From Nitrosopumilaceae archaeon (GTDB taxonomy: Archaea; Thermoproteota; Nitrososphaeria; Nitrososphaerales; Nitrosopumilaceae): 64,000 bases of DNA. Made by a program: the position numbers and the translations under genes. The stretch covers positions 476,265 to 540,264 of the forward strand of contig CBDATR010000010.1 in the NCBI GenBank assembly GCA_965200155.1. Direction: 5' to 3'. The notes under the pieces are model-generated. The model was given only the letters and a program-made list of their open reading frames with translations. It ran no database searches and had not been told where the DNA came from. Position 1 is the stretch's first letter; each line of letters starts with the position of its first letter. This document shows positions 31,544-41,295 of the stretch, in pieces.

Positions 31544-32677
31544 GTGTTGGTATTATTCACCCCCGAACTAGTTTCACACCGTAAACTAGACATACTGTTT
31601 CTAATGGGCATATCCCTAGTCTTTCTTGCCCCCGGAAGCACCTTTGCGGTAGGCGAGTATATAGAGTATGACATAATAGCGGATTATCATTTGTCGTTGC
31701 TGGATACGTACATCTTTTATGGTGACACGCTTGCAGGTGAAGAGTATTTGATACTTGATGAGTATAGTACAGTGCTCTCTGATTACATCACACTGCTGGC
31801 TGAATATATTCTCTATTATGATGAGTTGAGCGCATACGAGTCATTTGAGTACACCATACAGTTAGACGAGGACATAATTTTACTGAAGGTGTATGTCACA
31901 CTGCTAGATGGGTACATTTTTGACGATTATAGAGGACATTTTGTTCCTGTTTATAGACCGGATTATGTATCATATTATGGCGTAGGGACATGGTTGTACG
32001 ATATTGACTTTCTCGAGGCAGAGGCAGATTGGCTTAACGAGACGTTCTATTTACCATATGATGTTATTATAGCGGCCTCCGAATGTGGTGAGGAAAATGC
32101 ATTTTATAACTCCTATTACAAGATGGTTATCCTATGTTATGAGCTTGTAGATCATCTTTTTGACATATACTACGAGTTCAACGGAGATAATGAAAGCTGT
32201 TTTGATATAATTTATGATGGTACAGTTGAGGAAGTCTGTGAAAGTGCAACGGACTTTGTATTTGCTAATGTATATGCGGCATTATACCACGAGATGGGGC
32301 ACGCCGTACTGGGCATCTATAACCTGCCATATACCGGCCTTGAGGAGAACGTGGCTGATCAGTTTTCCGGTTTGGTACTTAGTCGCACTGAAGGTGGATA
32401 TGACATGATGCATAATGTAGCAAAGTATTGGCAGTACTCGTCTGAGTCATCAGAACCGATACCGTGGGATACACATGCGGGGGACCTACAACGATTCTAT
32501 AACATATCATGCTATGTGTATGGGGCAGATACATACTACAACGCGTTTCTGGTCGAAGATGGACTACTCCCCGAAGACCGTGCCGTATGGTGCGAGGAGG
32601 AATACGAGCAAATATCATATGCGTTTGGGCATCTGCTGTATGATTACAATAACGGCTTTTTTAATCACATTCCATAG
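31544..32677 (+). CDS. DUF4344-type secreted zinc metallopeptidase with Tyr/acidic N-terminal repeats
   Basis: CGEENAFY, LCYEL, HEMGH, EENVAD, QRFYNISCYVYG, RAVWC; N-terminal signal-like segment. Confidence 0.85.
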   Translation: MLVLFTPELVSHRKLDILFLMGISLVFLAPGSTFAVGEYIEYDIIADYHLSLLDTYIFYGDTLAGEEYLILDEYSTVLSDYITLLAEYILYYDELSAYESFEYTIQLDEDIILLKVYVTLLDGYIFDDYRGHFVPVYRPDYVSYYGVGTWLYDIDFLEAEADWLNETFYLPYDVIIAASECGEENAFYNSYYKMVILCYELVDHLFDIYYEFNGDNESCFDIIYDGTVEEVCESATDFVFANVYAALYHEMGHAVLGIYNLPYTGLEENVADQFSGLVLSRTEGGYDMMHNVAKYWQYSSESSEPIPWDTHAGDLQRFYNISCYVYGADTYYNAFLVEDGLLPEDRAVWCEEEYEQISYAFGHLLYDYNNGFFNHIP

Positions 32678-32801
32678 ATATGTGACCCTTGTCCCGATAT
32701 TGTGAATATCACTCATTAACTAGTGTGGTTCTTTACTCATGTCTATGGCTCCAAGTTGTACAAGAATTTTTCGTAGTATTTCCCCCAAGAACGCGGTAGT
32801 G

Positions 32802-32894
32802 GTATGAGTTCAGTTCTTCCTAAATCATGTTGGACTAATGATACTGATCATTGCAATCTGCCGTACGTAAAATTAGGCTTAGCTGAACCCATAC
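32802..32894. mobile_element. degenerate MITE of the GTATGAGTTCA family
   Basis: gtatgagttcag...ctgaacccatac, diverged interior. Confidence 0.7.
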
Positions 32895-32996
32895 GTATGG
32901 TCTGGAAGATATACGTTTGCGCAGATTATAGCGGTCATCATAAGTCTTTGGGCGACTAATTTGATCAAAATAACACAATTATCACAGGCTTATTTG

Positions 32997-33097
32997 GTAT
33001 GAGTTCACCTGTGTCTAAATTTACGCATAACTGATGGAACAGGTTGTTCTAGTTAATGTGATTTGTGCATAAGATTCCGGAAGACGTGAACTCATAC
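32997..33097. mobile_element. MITE, 101-bp variant (no TSD)
   Basis: Same central variant as 27083. Confidence 0.93.
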
Positions 33098-33267
33098 CTT
33101 GCATCTGCTGATTTAGCCTGTCTGCCATCCTGTTGTGATATTTTATGGAAAATCACCGCCAAGACTTATGGTGACTGCTATAGTACTACATAAGCGCATG
33201 ATTGAGGAAGACAGGAACTCATACTGGTGCGGCAACACTAAAAACTACATCCTTCTCTCAATATGTC

Positions 33268-33777
33268 ATGCTTGGCAGAAAACCTGTACTGAAAGAGGGT
33301 GTTCACATCTTTAGTACAATATCGGGAACAGAGCATACTGACTTTGTTATTGGTGTAGTAACAGGTACGGAGGGCAGACAAGTTGGCATAAATGGCATTC
33401 GTGTATCCATGGTGGGACTGAAGAATAAAGTGGAGCAGGGTAAGGCTGGCCAAAGGTCACAGGAGATACTGACAAATCCTACACCGGATAACCTCATCAT
33501 GGGACTCATATATAGGGTGGAGTATGACAACTATACATCAATACTGGATTTGAACAAAGACAAGTGTGACATAATTCCGCCCAAGGTGTACAGCATAATT
33601 GAGGGATGGATACGGGAGTCATTACCGGAGATGCTCAATAACATACTTTCACTGCCGCCAGGTCCAGAACGGGATGAGGCAAAAAGAGTCGTACGACATC
33701 GTATGGATACCCTGCTGGACAAGAATCTCAAGCGTACATTATACTCTGTGTGTCGCAGTCTCAAGATACTAAACTAG
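33268..33777 (+). CDS. conserved hypothetical protein
   Basis: Long ORF starting MLGRKPVLKEG. Confidence 0.75.
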   Translation: MLGRKPVLKEGVHIFSTISGTEHTDFVIGVVTGTEGRQVGINGIRVSMVGLKNKVEQGKAGQRSQEILTNPTPDNLIMGLIYRVEYDNYTSILDLNKDKCDIIPPKVYSIIEGWIRESLPEMLNNILSLPPGPERDEAKRVVRHRMDTLLDKNLKRTLYSVCRSLKILN

Positions 33778-33887
33778 TTAGATCAGTCTGGTTCTGATGA
33801 TTATGTCGCACTCTGCACAAATCATTACAATCCATAGCGCGTAAATTTAGACATGCATGAATTCTTTCAGTATGTGTTTGAGACTTT

Positions 33888-34340
33888 CTAAGTTCGCTTT
33901 GCCACGGTTTCTTGCATAAGCTGGCGCAAGTGTGCCTTGTTGCGTACAGTATTGCCGCCTACCTTCTTGTAGAGCATCCAGAACTCTGGATTGGTTATGT
34001 CTTTACGATCCTTGGCTATCTTTAGCAATCGACGGAGGGACCTGACTTTGGCTACATATGTCTCCTTGGTATGCGTACGTGCCCCCTTGCGTCCCTGCTT
34101 GGAGCCGTGCTTGGTGCCTCTCCTGTTACGCTGATTCCTCTTGTATTGAGCCCTGCCTCGTGATGTACCCTTGAACGGCTTTATTGTTATTGTCCCTGCC
34201 GTGATAAGGGCGCGAATATTTTGGCGGGTAATGGAATCGCCTATGTCTTCCAGTCTGTCAGCATCAAAGCGTATGCGGTGCACACCAACCCCTGTGACAC
34301 GAGCTGCTAGGCGTTTTTTCGCTAGAAGATTAATTGCCAT
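33888..34340 (-). CDS. rpl19e: 50S ribosomal protein eL19
   Basis: KRLAARV, GTSRGR, GSKQGRKGAR. Confidence 0.97.
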   Translation of the reverse strand: MAINLLAKKRLAARVTGVGVHRIRFDADRLEDIGDSITRQNIRALITAGTITIKPFKGTSRGRAQYKRNQRNRRGTKHGSKQGRKGARTHTKETYVAKVRSLRRLLKIAKDRKDITNPEFWMLYKKVGGNTVRNKAHLRQLMQETVAKRT

Positions 34341-34728
34341 ACACGCTCACTCTCCCGTTGAATATCTTGAATTTTTGTTGCATAGCTACTTTTAGTATTC
34401 GAACTCTCTTGCGTGTTCCAACAGAGTGCCCCAGTCGTATGCCATCCGAAGACGGTTGCAATGCCTTCAGATCTTCCACCCTAAACACAACGTTATCAGT
34501 ATATCCTGATGGATGCAATCCTCGCGCAACCTTGGGTCCCCTGTATCCAACTTTGACCAATCCTGGCCTACCCCGACTCTTTTGCTTGCGCTGGTGATTA
34601 TCTATGCCCTTGGGTTTTCTCCATCTCGGCTTGAGCCTGTCGTATCTCCAACTCTCCGGCCGCATAAACTTTGGCTTGGCCTTCTTTACTTCGTGCCGTT
34701 TTGCGATGGCACCCTTATTTATGGACAT
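34330..34728 (-). CDS. rpl32e: 50S ribosomal protein eL32
   Basis: WRKPKGIDN, VKVGYRGP, GLHPSG. Confidence 0.97.
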   Translation of the reverse strand: MSINKGAIAKRHEVKKAKPKFMRPESWRYDRLKPRWRKPKGIDNHQRKQKSRGRPGLVKVGYRGPKVARGLHPSGYTDNVVFRVEDLKALQPSSDGIRLGHSVGTRKRVRILKVAMQQKFKIFNGRVSVYGN

Positions 34729-35003
34729 ATGGCTATGTCCAATTGCTCAAAATAAATAGTTATTGAAAGCCAAGGGTATGAGTTCACGTGTTTTGATCAT
34801 ATGATAAGATTGTAATTGACTTGGTACAACAATATTGCGCTTAAATACCAAGTTTGAAATAGAATCTAATGAGTAGGCGTATAACACGTAATAAATGGGA
34901 GCAGGAAAACCGGCTGCTCCGGGACACCCGTACGTCCACCAAGAGGGATCTTGCAGATGCGATGAGACACGTGAAGGTATTGGAAGATGATATTGCAAAT
35001 ATT

Positions 35004-36552
35004 AGACCTTATGCGCATGATTGACAGTAACATCCCATGTTGCTTCAAACTGGTATGAGTTCACCTGTGTCTAAATTTACGCACAACTGATCGCGACAGT
35101 TAATGTGATTTGTGCATAAGATTCCGGAAGACGTGAACTCATACTCAAACTGGGTGTATTTTATTGCACACAATCAGTCAAGCATGAACAATGTTAATGG
35201 CACCTGCCAGCACTAACGTATGCCGTGTAGTGGGGTGACCGGATCTTGATGACGTATATCATGAGTGAGCTAAATGGTTACCACAAAACCCATTAATTTA
35301 GTGGATTTTCTGATAAGTAATATTCGAATTATAATACCACAGAAATTATGGACAGATATTTTTCAAAAATTGCTTGTACCTGGTATGCTTGTGCATAATG
35401 TGTAAATTATGCAACCCGGATACTACGAGCAGATCTTCCCGGAATTCCTCACGACTACCATCATATACCTGACTTAATCTACGATATACCTTTAGCATTC
35501 GAATTACATTCTCGATTAATATGCGCCTTTTTGATACATATTGGTTGTATTTCCTTTCAGTTTTAGTGAGTGATTCCCTACCCCTGTATGGAATTATGAC
35601 CTTTGCGCCGGGTAGGAAGTCTTTCATACCCTGGTATCCTGCATCTGCTATTACTGTTATCTTCTCAGATGGCAGCGTGGTTGATTCTTTTAGGGACTTG
35701 CCCCATTTGCCACCGAGGGGAATATCATTCTTGAATATGCCATAATCGTGTCTTTTTCCCTCATATACTCCACTTACGTGAATTATCAGTCTTGTTTGAT
35801 GTTATCTGTACGTTATACGTGTGGGTTTTTTGTTTACCAGAATACATTGCCTCCTGATTTTTTTCAGGACGTTGTACGCGTACATGTATCCCATCAGTCT
35901 TTATCTCCCCTCCGGCTCGGCCTGGAACAATTTACTTAAAGTCGGGTGTTGACTTGATTTGTGATATTGCTTTTGCAACGGTATCTGCCGTTGGAAGTAT
36001 CTTGATCAGTCCCTGCTTTGTAAACTGGATGTAACGGCATATGTTTGACTGGTTTATCTTGAGTATTGCTGCCAGCAGCTCCTGCCTTGTATTGTAGCGC
36101 AGGCGTATCAGTGTAACTAAGAGTACATGTCTGACCGGAAATTTGTTCACGTGCCCGCGATCATTTGTAAGTTCTAAGAATCGCCGTGCATCATCGCCTT
36201 CCAGGGACTCTACGTATTCTGCGAACTGGTTAGTATCCATTTGAACTCTTCCGGGGTGCATCCGGTCAGGGAATGAAGCTGATCCTTGCGTTCTATGATG
36301 TCATCAAGATTTGAAACGAGGGCATTCTTTGTTTGAGCTTCAAGTTTGCTACGCAGGTTTGTTGTATGAGTTCACGTCTTCCGGAATCTTGTGCACAAAT
36401 CACATTAACTGTCGCGATCAGTTGTGCGTAAATTTAGGCACAGGTGAACTCATACGGTTTGTTACTTCGGCTTCGGTGCGTAGCCTGTATTACTCTGTGA
36501 CTAACTACTCCTTGGTGAGTTCTGCTTTTAGCATACCTGGTACTACAAAATT
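35004..36552 (-). pseudogene. IS5/ISL2-type element, frameshifted copy of the 58361-60673 transposase
   Basis: Near-identical to 58503-59648 with deletions; right end AGACCTTATGCGCA; MITEs at 35053-35144 (TSD TCAAACTG) and 36364-36455 (TSD GGTTTGTT). Confidence 0.92.
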
Positions 36553-36644
36553 GTATGAGTTCACGTCTTCCGGAATCTTGTGCACAAATCACATTAACTG
36601 TCGCGATCAGTTATGCGTAAATTTAGACACAGGTGAACTCACAC
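36553..36644. mobile_element. 92-bp MITE (no TSD) joining two IS5 pieces in opposite orientation
   Basis: Left flank is IS5 5' region (minus); right flank is IS5 3' end (plus, 36645-36868). Confidence 0.9.
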
Positions 36645-37103
36645 AGTAAATCCACTAAATTAATGGGTTTTGTGGTAACCGTTTAGATCACTTCCAATAT
36701 ACGTCATCAAGATCCGATCACCCCACTACACGACATTTGCAATCACGGCATACGTTAGTGCTGGCAGGTGCCACTCACATTGTTCATGCTTGACTGATTG
36801 TGTGCCATAAAATACACCCCAGTTTGAAGCAACCTAGGCTGTTACTGTCAATCATGCGCATAAGGTCTATTATCATATGATCAAAACACCTGAACTCATA
36901 CAGGCAAGGAGCCTGAATCCTGCCCTGCCCATACACATCATGATGGTTCATGTCTCCCTCAATCTGCTGTCTATCCGCGGCAGAAGTGGTTATTCACGAT
37001 CAGCCATGCGTGAATTTAGGTACAGATGAACTCGTGTCATGCAACCATTGCAGAGAAATCGATGGTGGGCTCTGTATGTGACATAGATCTTGGCGTATAT
37101 GAC

Positions 37104-38372
37104 TTATCGTATAATCGCGCCAATGTCCTGCAAATTGGTATGTGTGTGTCCTGTCCGTATGGGGTTACCATACTTTTCAAAGTACGAACCGGAATCGTTG
37201 TTTACCAGATATGGCTCCAAACCAGCATGGTCACCCTCTACTATGTGATGTATGGCACCGGCATTTTTTGTATCCCCGTCTATTCCGTCCGTTCCCATGG
37301 ATGCAACAACTGTACCGGGCCTAATCTGTTGCATAATCCGTAGCACTAGCTCCTGATTACGGCCTCCATGCCCGCTACCTGTAACATGAACTGTTGGTTC
37401 ACCACCAAATATCGTACATTCGCCCTTGTCTATTTTGCGTCCTGCTAGCATATTCGCTACATCCTTCACATCCCCGTAATTCTGGACTAATTTAGTGTTG
37501 TATCCCAGTATGATGGCGCGCTCTTTCATGGCCTTGAGACAGGTATTGTTATTTGCTATAATTTGGTATGGCATAGATGGCTCATTGGGTGTCTCTGATA
37601 TGTAGCCGTGAACGCCATCATTTAATCTGGTTAGTACTGATGGCGGTATGGCATCTGTCAGTCCGTATTTTTTAATTATAGACAGGGCATCATCAAATGT
37701 GGTTGAGTCTGAATACGTGGCGCCGGACCCTATCGTCTCCGGATCATCACCTTCCACATCTGACATAACAAGTGAGGCTCCTTGACATATGATATTATCT
37801 ACCAGTCTGCCGCCTTTTATCCTGGAAAGATGTTTTCTGACACAATTTATCTCTGTTATGTTTGCGCCGCACCGTAGTAACACATCGGTCGTGCGTGTTT
37901 TGTCTTGTAATGTTACTCCGTCGGGAAGCGCAAGGAGTGATGAGGCCCCTCCGGAGATCAGGAATAATACAAAATCATTCTTTCCGCGATTGGACAGAAA
38001 TTTCACAAGCGCTTTTGCCGCTGTCACACTTTGCCTGTCTGGATAGGGATGACCTGCCCTGTATATTGGGAAATTCCTACTCTGCCTAATTTGTCCGGAA
38101 TTCTGCGGTATTACAATAATTCCCGACTTAATGTGCAATATGCGTCTCACTGCCACACTCATCCCATAAGCCGCCTTCCCAAAAGCCGCGATATATGTGG
38201 CGTCATATTGGCTTAGATCTATGGTCTCGTTATCAGTATGTATTTTGTTATTTTCCACGAATTTGTGAATTATGTTGGCGGGATCTGCCGCAAGCAAGCC
38301 TTGCTCTAGAATATCTATTACATGGCGCATTTTCTTTGTCTTGCAGAGATTTTCATGATTTTGTATTTTCAT
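37104..38372 (-). CDS. glycerate 2-kinase (MOFRL family)
   Basis: GKAA, AGHPYPD, LISGGASSL, VRKHLSRIKGGRL, GGRNQE, TDGIDG, THTNLQD. Confidence 0.95.
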   Translation of the reverse strand: MKIQNHENLCKTKKMRHVIDILEQGLLAADPANIIHKFVENNKIHTDNETIDLSQYDATYIAAFGKAAYGMSVAVRRILHIKSGIIVIPQNSGQIRQSRNFPIYRAGHPYPDRQSVTAAKALVKFLSNRGKNDFVLFLISGGASSLLALPDGVTLQDKTRTTDVLLRCGANITEINCVRKHLSRIKGGRLVDNIICQGASLVMSDVEGDDPETIGSGATYSDSTTFDDALSIIKKYGLTDAIPPSVLTRLNDGVHGYISETPNEPSMPYQIIANNNTCLKAMKERAIILGYNTKLVQNYGDVKDVANMLAGRKIDKGECTIFGGEPTVHVTGSGHGGRNQELVLRIMQQIRPGTVVASMGTDGIDGDTKNAGAIHHIVEGDHAGLEPYLVNNDSGSYFEKYGNPIRTGHTHTNLQDIGAIIR

Positions 38373-38450
38373 GCTGTAAATACATACTCAAGTCTTATAA
38401 TCTAATCTGTACATTTGCGGGAAATTATATACGAAAGTAGCACGCTGCTG

Positions 38451-38542
38451 GTATGAGTTCACGTCTTCCGGAATCTTGTGCACAAATCACATTAACTGTC
38501 GCGATCAGTTGTGCGTAAATTTAGACACAGGTGAACTCATAC
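38451..38542. mobile_element. 92-bp MITE
   Basis: TSD CGCTGCTG. Confidence 0.97.
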
Positions 38543-38703
38543 CGCTGCTGGTCTGCAGATTCCATAACGGGCAGGCAAACATATACACATAAACTTGTTG
38601 TAGGAACCATTCCCGCTCTTGTTGGACTTTTAAAGTCACCTTGTGCCACATATGCCATGTATGGTTGTCTGATCTTTTTTGAGACATAAACAGTTACATC
38701 AAT

Positions 38704-38917
38704 AGACCGTATGCGCAGAATCACCTCTCCCACACTGCACGTCTAAACCAAGTTGTTAGATACGAACAATTGACCTAGTATCATGGGTTTTCCCACACAG
38801 ACTCGTGTGAAACAGAAAAGTTAAGGTATGAGTTCACCTATGTCTAAATTTACGCATAACTGATCGCGACAGTTAATGTGGTTTGTGCATAAGATTCCGG
38901 AAGACGTGAACTCATAC
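38704..38917 (+). mobile_element. IS5 left-end fragment (38704-38825) ending at a TSD-less MITE (38826-38917)
   Basis: AGACCGTATGCGCAGAATC matches 58361 onward. Confidence 0.9.
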
Positions 38918-39012
38918 GATATACACAATTTAATATTTCAAAAAACTAGATATAAAAATGCCGGAATTTAGTGTGGCTTTCCCAAGTACGTACCATACAA
39001 TTTATGATTTTT

Positions 39013-39324
39013 TTAAAAGTCGCTGGGTATGTGTGACTTTTCCTTCAACCATTCAACCTGTGGAAGAGTAAACCGCCATACAATATCGCCCATCTCAGTG
39101 TCCTTAAAGTCCCAAGGGGCAATTATCACTATGTCATTGTCTCGTATCCACACCCTGCGTTTCAGTTTACCACGTATTCTGCCACGCCGGGTTATGCCGT
39201 CCGTACATTTTACCATGACGTTCTCGCCGCCCATTATCTTGAGAACTCGTCCCAGTAGCTCCCCTTCCTCCGGTAGACGTATCTCTTTTAGTTCACTCTC
39301 GCTCTTTACCTGACGCTTTCCCAT
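39013..39324 (-). CDS. eif1a: translation initiation factor aIF-1A
   Basis: RGRIRGKLKRRVWIRDNDIVIIAPWDF. Confidence 0.97.
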   Translation of the reverse strand: MGKRQVKSESELKEIRLPEEGELLGRVLKIMGGENVMVKCTDGITRRGRIRGKLKRRVWIRDNDIVIIAPWDFKDTEMGDIVWRFTLPQVEWLKEKSHIPSDF

Positions 39325-39463
39325 TTTACAGACTGTCTGCATTCATCATGTAATATAATTGGTGAGTGACCAAAATATGGTAGCCGCGTGTGTTCACGTC
39401 ATATTGGATTGCAATCTTGACAATGGCACGCCAAATCATGCAATACAACTTGGCTCATATTAT

Positions 39464-39555
39464 GTATGAGTTCACCTGTGTCTAAATTTACGCACAACTG
39501 ATCGCGACAGTTAATGTGATTTGTGCACAAGATTCCGGAAGACGTGAACTCATAC
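39464..39555. mobile_element. 92-bp MITE
   Basis: TSD CATATTAT. Confidence 0.97.
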
Positions 39556-39733
39556 CATATTATGTCATATGGGTGCGATAGAGTGGCACCGGCCTTTATC
39601 GGGACATACAAGTGGTTATGCCATATGTGGGCAAGGATAGAATACGGCAGCGACGTTGTTAATCTGGGGTAACCTGGGGGGTTACAAGACTTGATATGAA
39701 AAGGTAATATTGAGCATGTTTGATGCATAAACT

Positions 39734-40651
39734 GTGATAACAGTACTTGCTGGCGGCACTGGCTCGGTTAAATTGGTCCGCGGACTGGCATCACGTGAAT
39801 CAGATATGAATGTGATCTCCAACGTGGGCGACAATTATTGGCTGTATGGTCTTTACATATGTCCTGACATTGACACTATCATATACGGACTGGCGGACTT
39901 GCTGGATACTGAAAAAGGCTGGGGCATTAAAAGGGACACTTTTAATTTTCTGCGCCAGATGGAGATATTTGGTGAGGAGACTTGGTTTCACATTGGTGAC
40001 CGTGATGCTGCAATTCACCTCATTCGAACCAATAAACTCAAGAATGGAGAGAACCTTACCAACATAACCAAGTGGATGTGTGAGCAGTTCGCCGTAAGCA
40101 CCAACATTATACCCATATCTGACAACAATATTGAGACTCGTATCACGACCAAGAGAGGTGATTTGCATCTACAAGAATATTGGGTCAAGTATAGAGGGCG
40201 TGATCCAGTGGAAGGCATTCAGTATATTGGTACAGACAAGGCACGTCCCAATCCCGAAGGCATAAGCGCCATACAGAACGCCGAGACCGTGGTCATATCT
40301 CCCGGTAACCCACTGACATCTATAGGTCCCATGCTCCAAATTAAGGGTATTAAAAAAGAGCTCTCCCGCAGAAAGAACAAAGTAGTGGCTGTCAGTCCGC
40401 TTATAGGGGATAACGCCATTACTGGTCCCGCGGCAAAATATATGCAGGCTGCCGGAATCGAGTCCAACGCATACGGTTTGGCAAAGATGTACTCGGATGT
40501 GTGCAGCACCATAGTGATAGATTCCAAGGATCATGCTCTAAGCAAAAAGATACAATCATTGGATTACAAAGTGCTGGAGACCAATATTACCATGGGGACG
40601 ACTCAGGCGGAGAACGCGTTGGCATCCTTCATACTAAAGAATGCCCGGTAG
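39734..40651 (+). CDS. cofD: 2-phospho-L-lactate transferase (F420 synthesis)
   Basis: LAGGTGSVKL, CPDIDT, IGDRD, LQEYWV, PGNPLTSIGP, GPAAK. Confidence 0.96.
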   Translation: MITVLAGGTGSVKLVRGLASRESDMNVISNVGDNYWLYGLYICPDIDTIIYGLADLLDTEKGWGIKRDTFNFLRQMEIFGEETWFHIGDRDAAIHLIRTNKLKNGENLTNITKWMCEQFAVSTNIIPISDNNIETRITTKRGDLHLQEYWVKYRGRDPVEGIQYIGTDKARPNPEGISAIQNAETVVISPGNPLTSIGPMLQIKGIKKELSRRKNKVVAVSPLIGDNAITGPAAKYMQAAGIESNAYGLAKMYSDVCSTIVIDSKDHALSKKIQSLDYKVLETNITMGTTQAENALASFILKNAR

Positions 40652-40653
40652 AC

Positions 40654-41295
40654 TTGAAAGTCTCTGTCATTATTCCTGTAAAATCCTATTCTCGTGCCAA
40701 GACACGATTGGATATATCGCGCCAAAAACGTGAAGAAATATGTCACATAATGTTACAAGAGATGCTGCACGTTCTCGCCTCTGCTGAACATGTTCGGGAA
40801 ATAGTGGTGGTCACTGTAGAGGAGAGGGCGATATCCCTGTGCAAGAGCATGGGTATTGTTACCATTCAAGACCGCGAGGCGGGAGTGAACGAGGCGGTAA
40901 GCCTGGCAAACAGTTACCTTGTGAAAAAGGGCGCAGCAATCTCCTTGGTACTACCTCAGGATATACCGTTACTGGAGCCTACTGACATATCCTTCATGCT
41001 CAAGTTCTTTACTCCGCCGACATGTGTTATGGTGGTACCCTCTGTCCGGTTTGATGGCACAAACGCACTGCTGCGGTGTCCGCCGGATATTATGAAGACA
41101 CATTATGATGACAATAGCTATCCCAATCATATGAGAATGGCCCGGGAATCTACACCAAATCCCGCATTGGTACATGTATCAAACATAATGCAGGATATTG
41201 ACACTGCTGCGGATTTGAGCCGCATACTTTGCTCCACTACAAAGCCATCTCTGGTGCGCCAGCTTAGGAATGTGCTGGGATCCTCTTTTGCATGA
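40654..41295 (+). CDS. cofC: 2-phospho-L-lactate guanylyltransferase
   Basis: IIPVK..AKTRL, DIPLL, GTNAL, DIDT..DL; TTG start inferred. Confidence 0.92.
   Translation: MKVSVIIPVKSYSRAKTRLDISRQKREEICHIMLQEMLHVLASAEHVREIVVVTVEERAISLCKSMGIVTIQDREAGVNEAVSLANSYLVKKGAAISLVLPQDIPLLEPTDISFMLKFFTPPTCVMVVPSVRFDGTNALLRCPPDIMKTHYDDNSYPNHMRMARESTPNPALVHVSNIMQDIDTAADLSRILCSTTKPSLVRQLRNVLGSSFA

Larger units (their letters stand above)
34776..36901 (+). mobile_element. internally deleted IS66-like element with 32-bp TIRs, hosting nested IS5 and MITE sequences
   Basis: TIR GTATGAGTTCA[C/G]GTGTTTTGATCATATGATAA; flanks AGCCAAGG/AGGCAAGG; N-terminal ORF MSRRITRNKWEQENRLLRDT. Confidence 0.8.
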
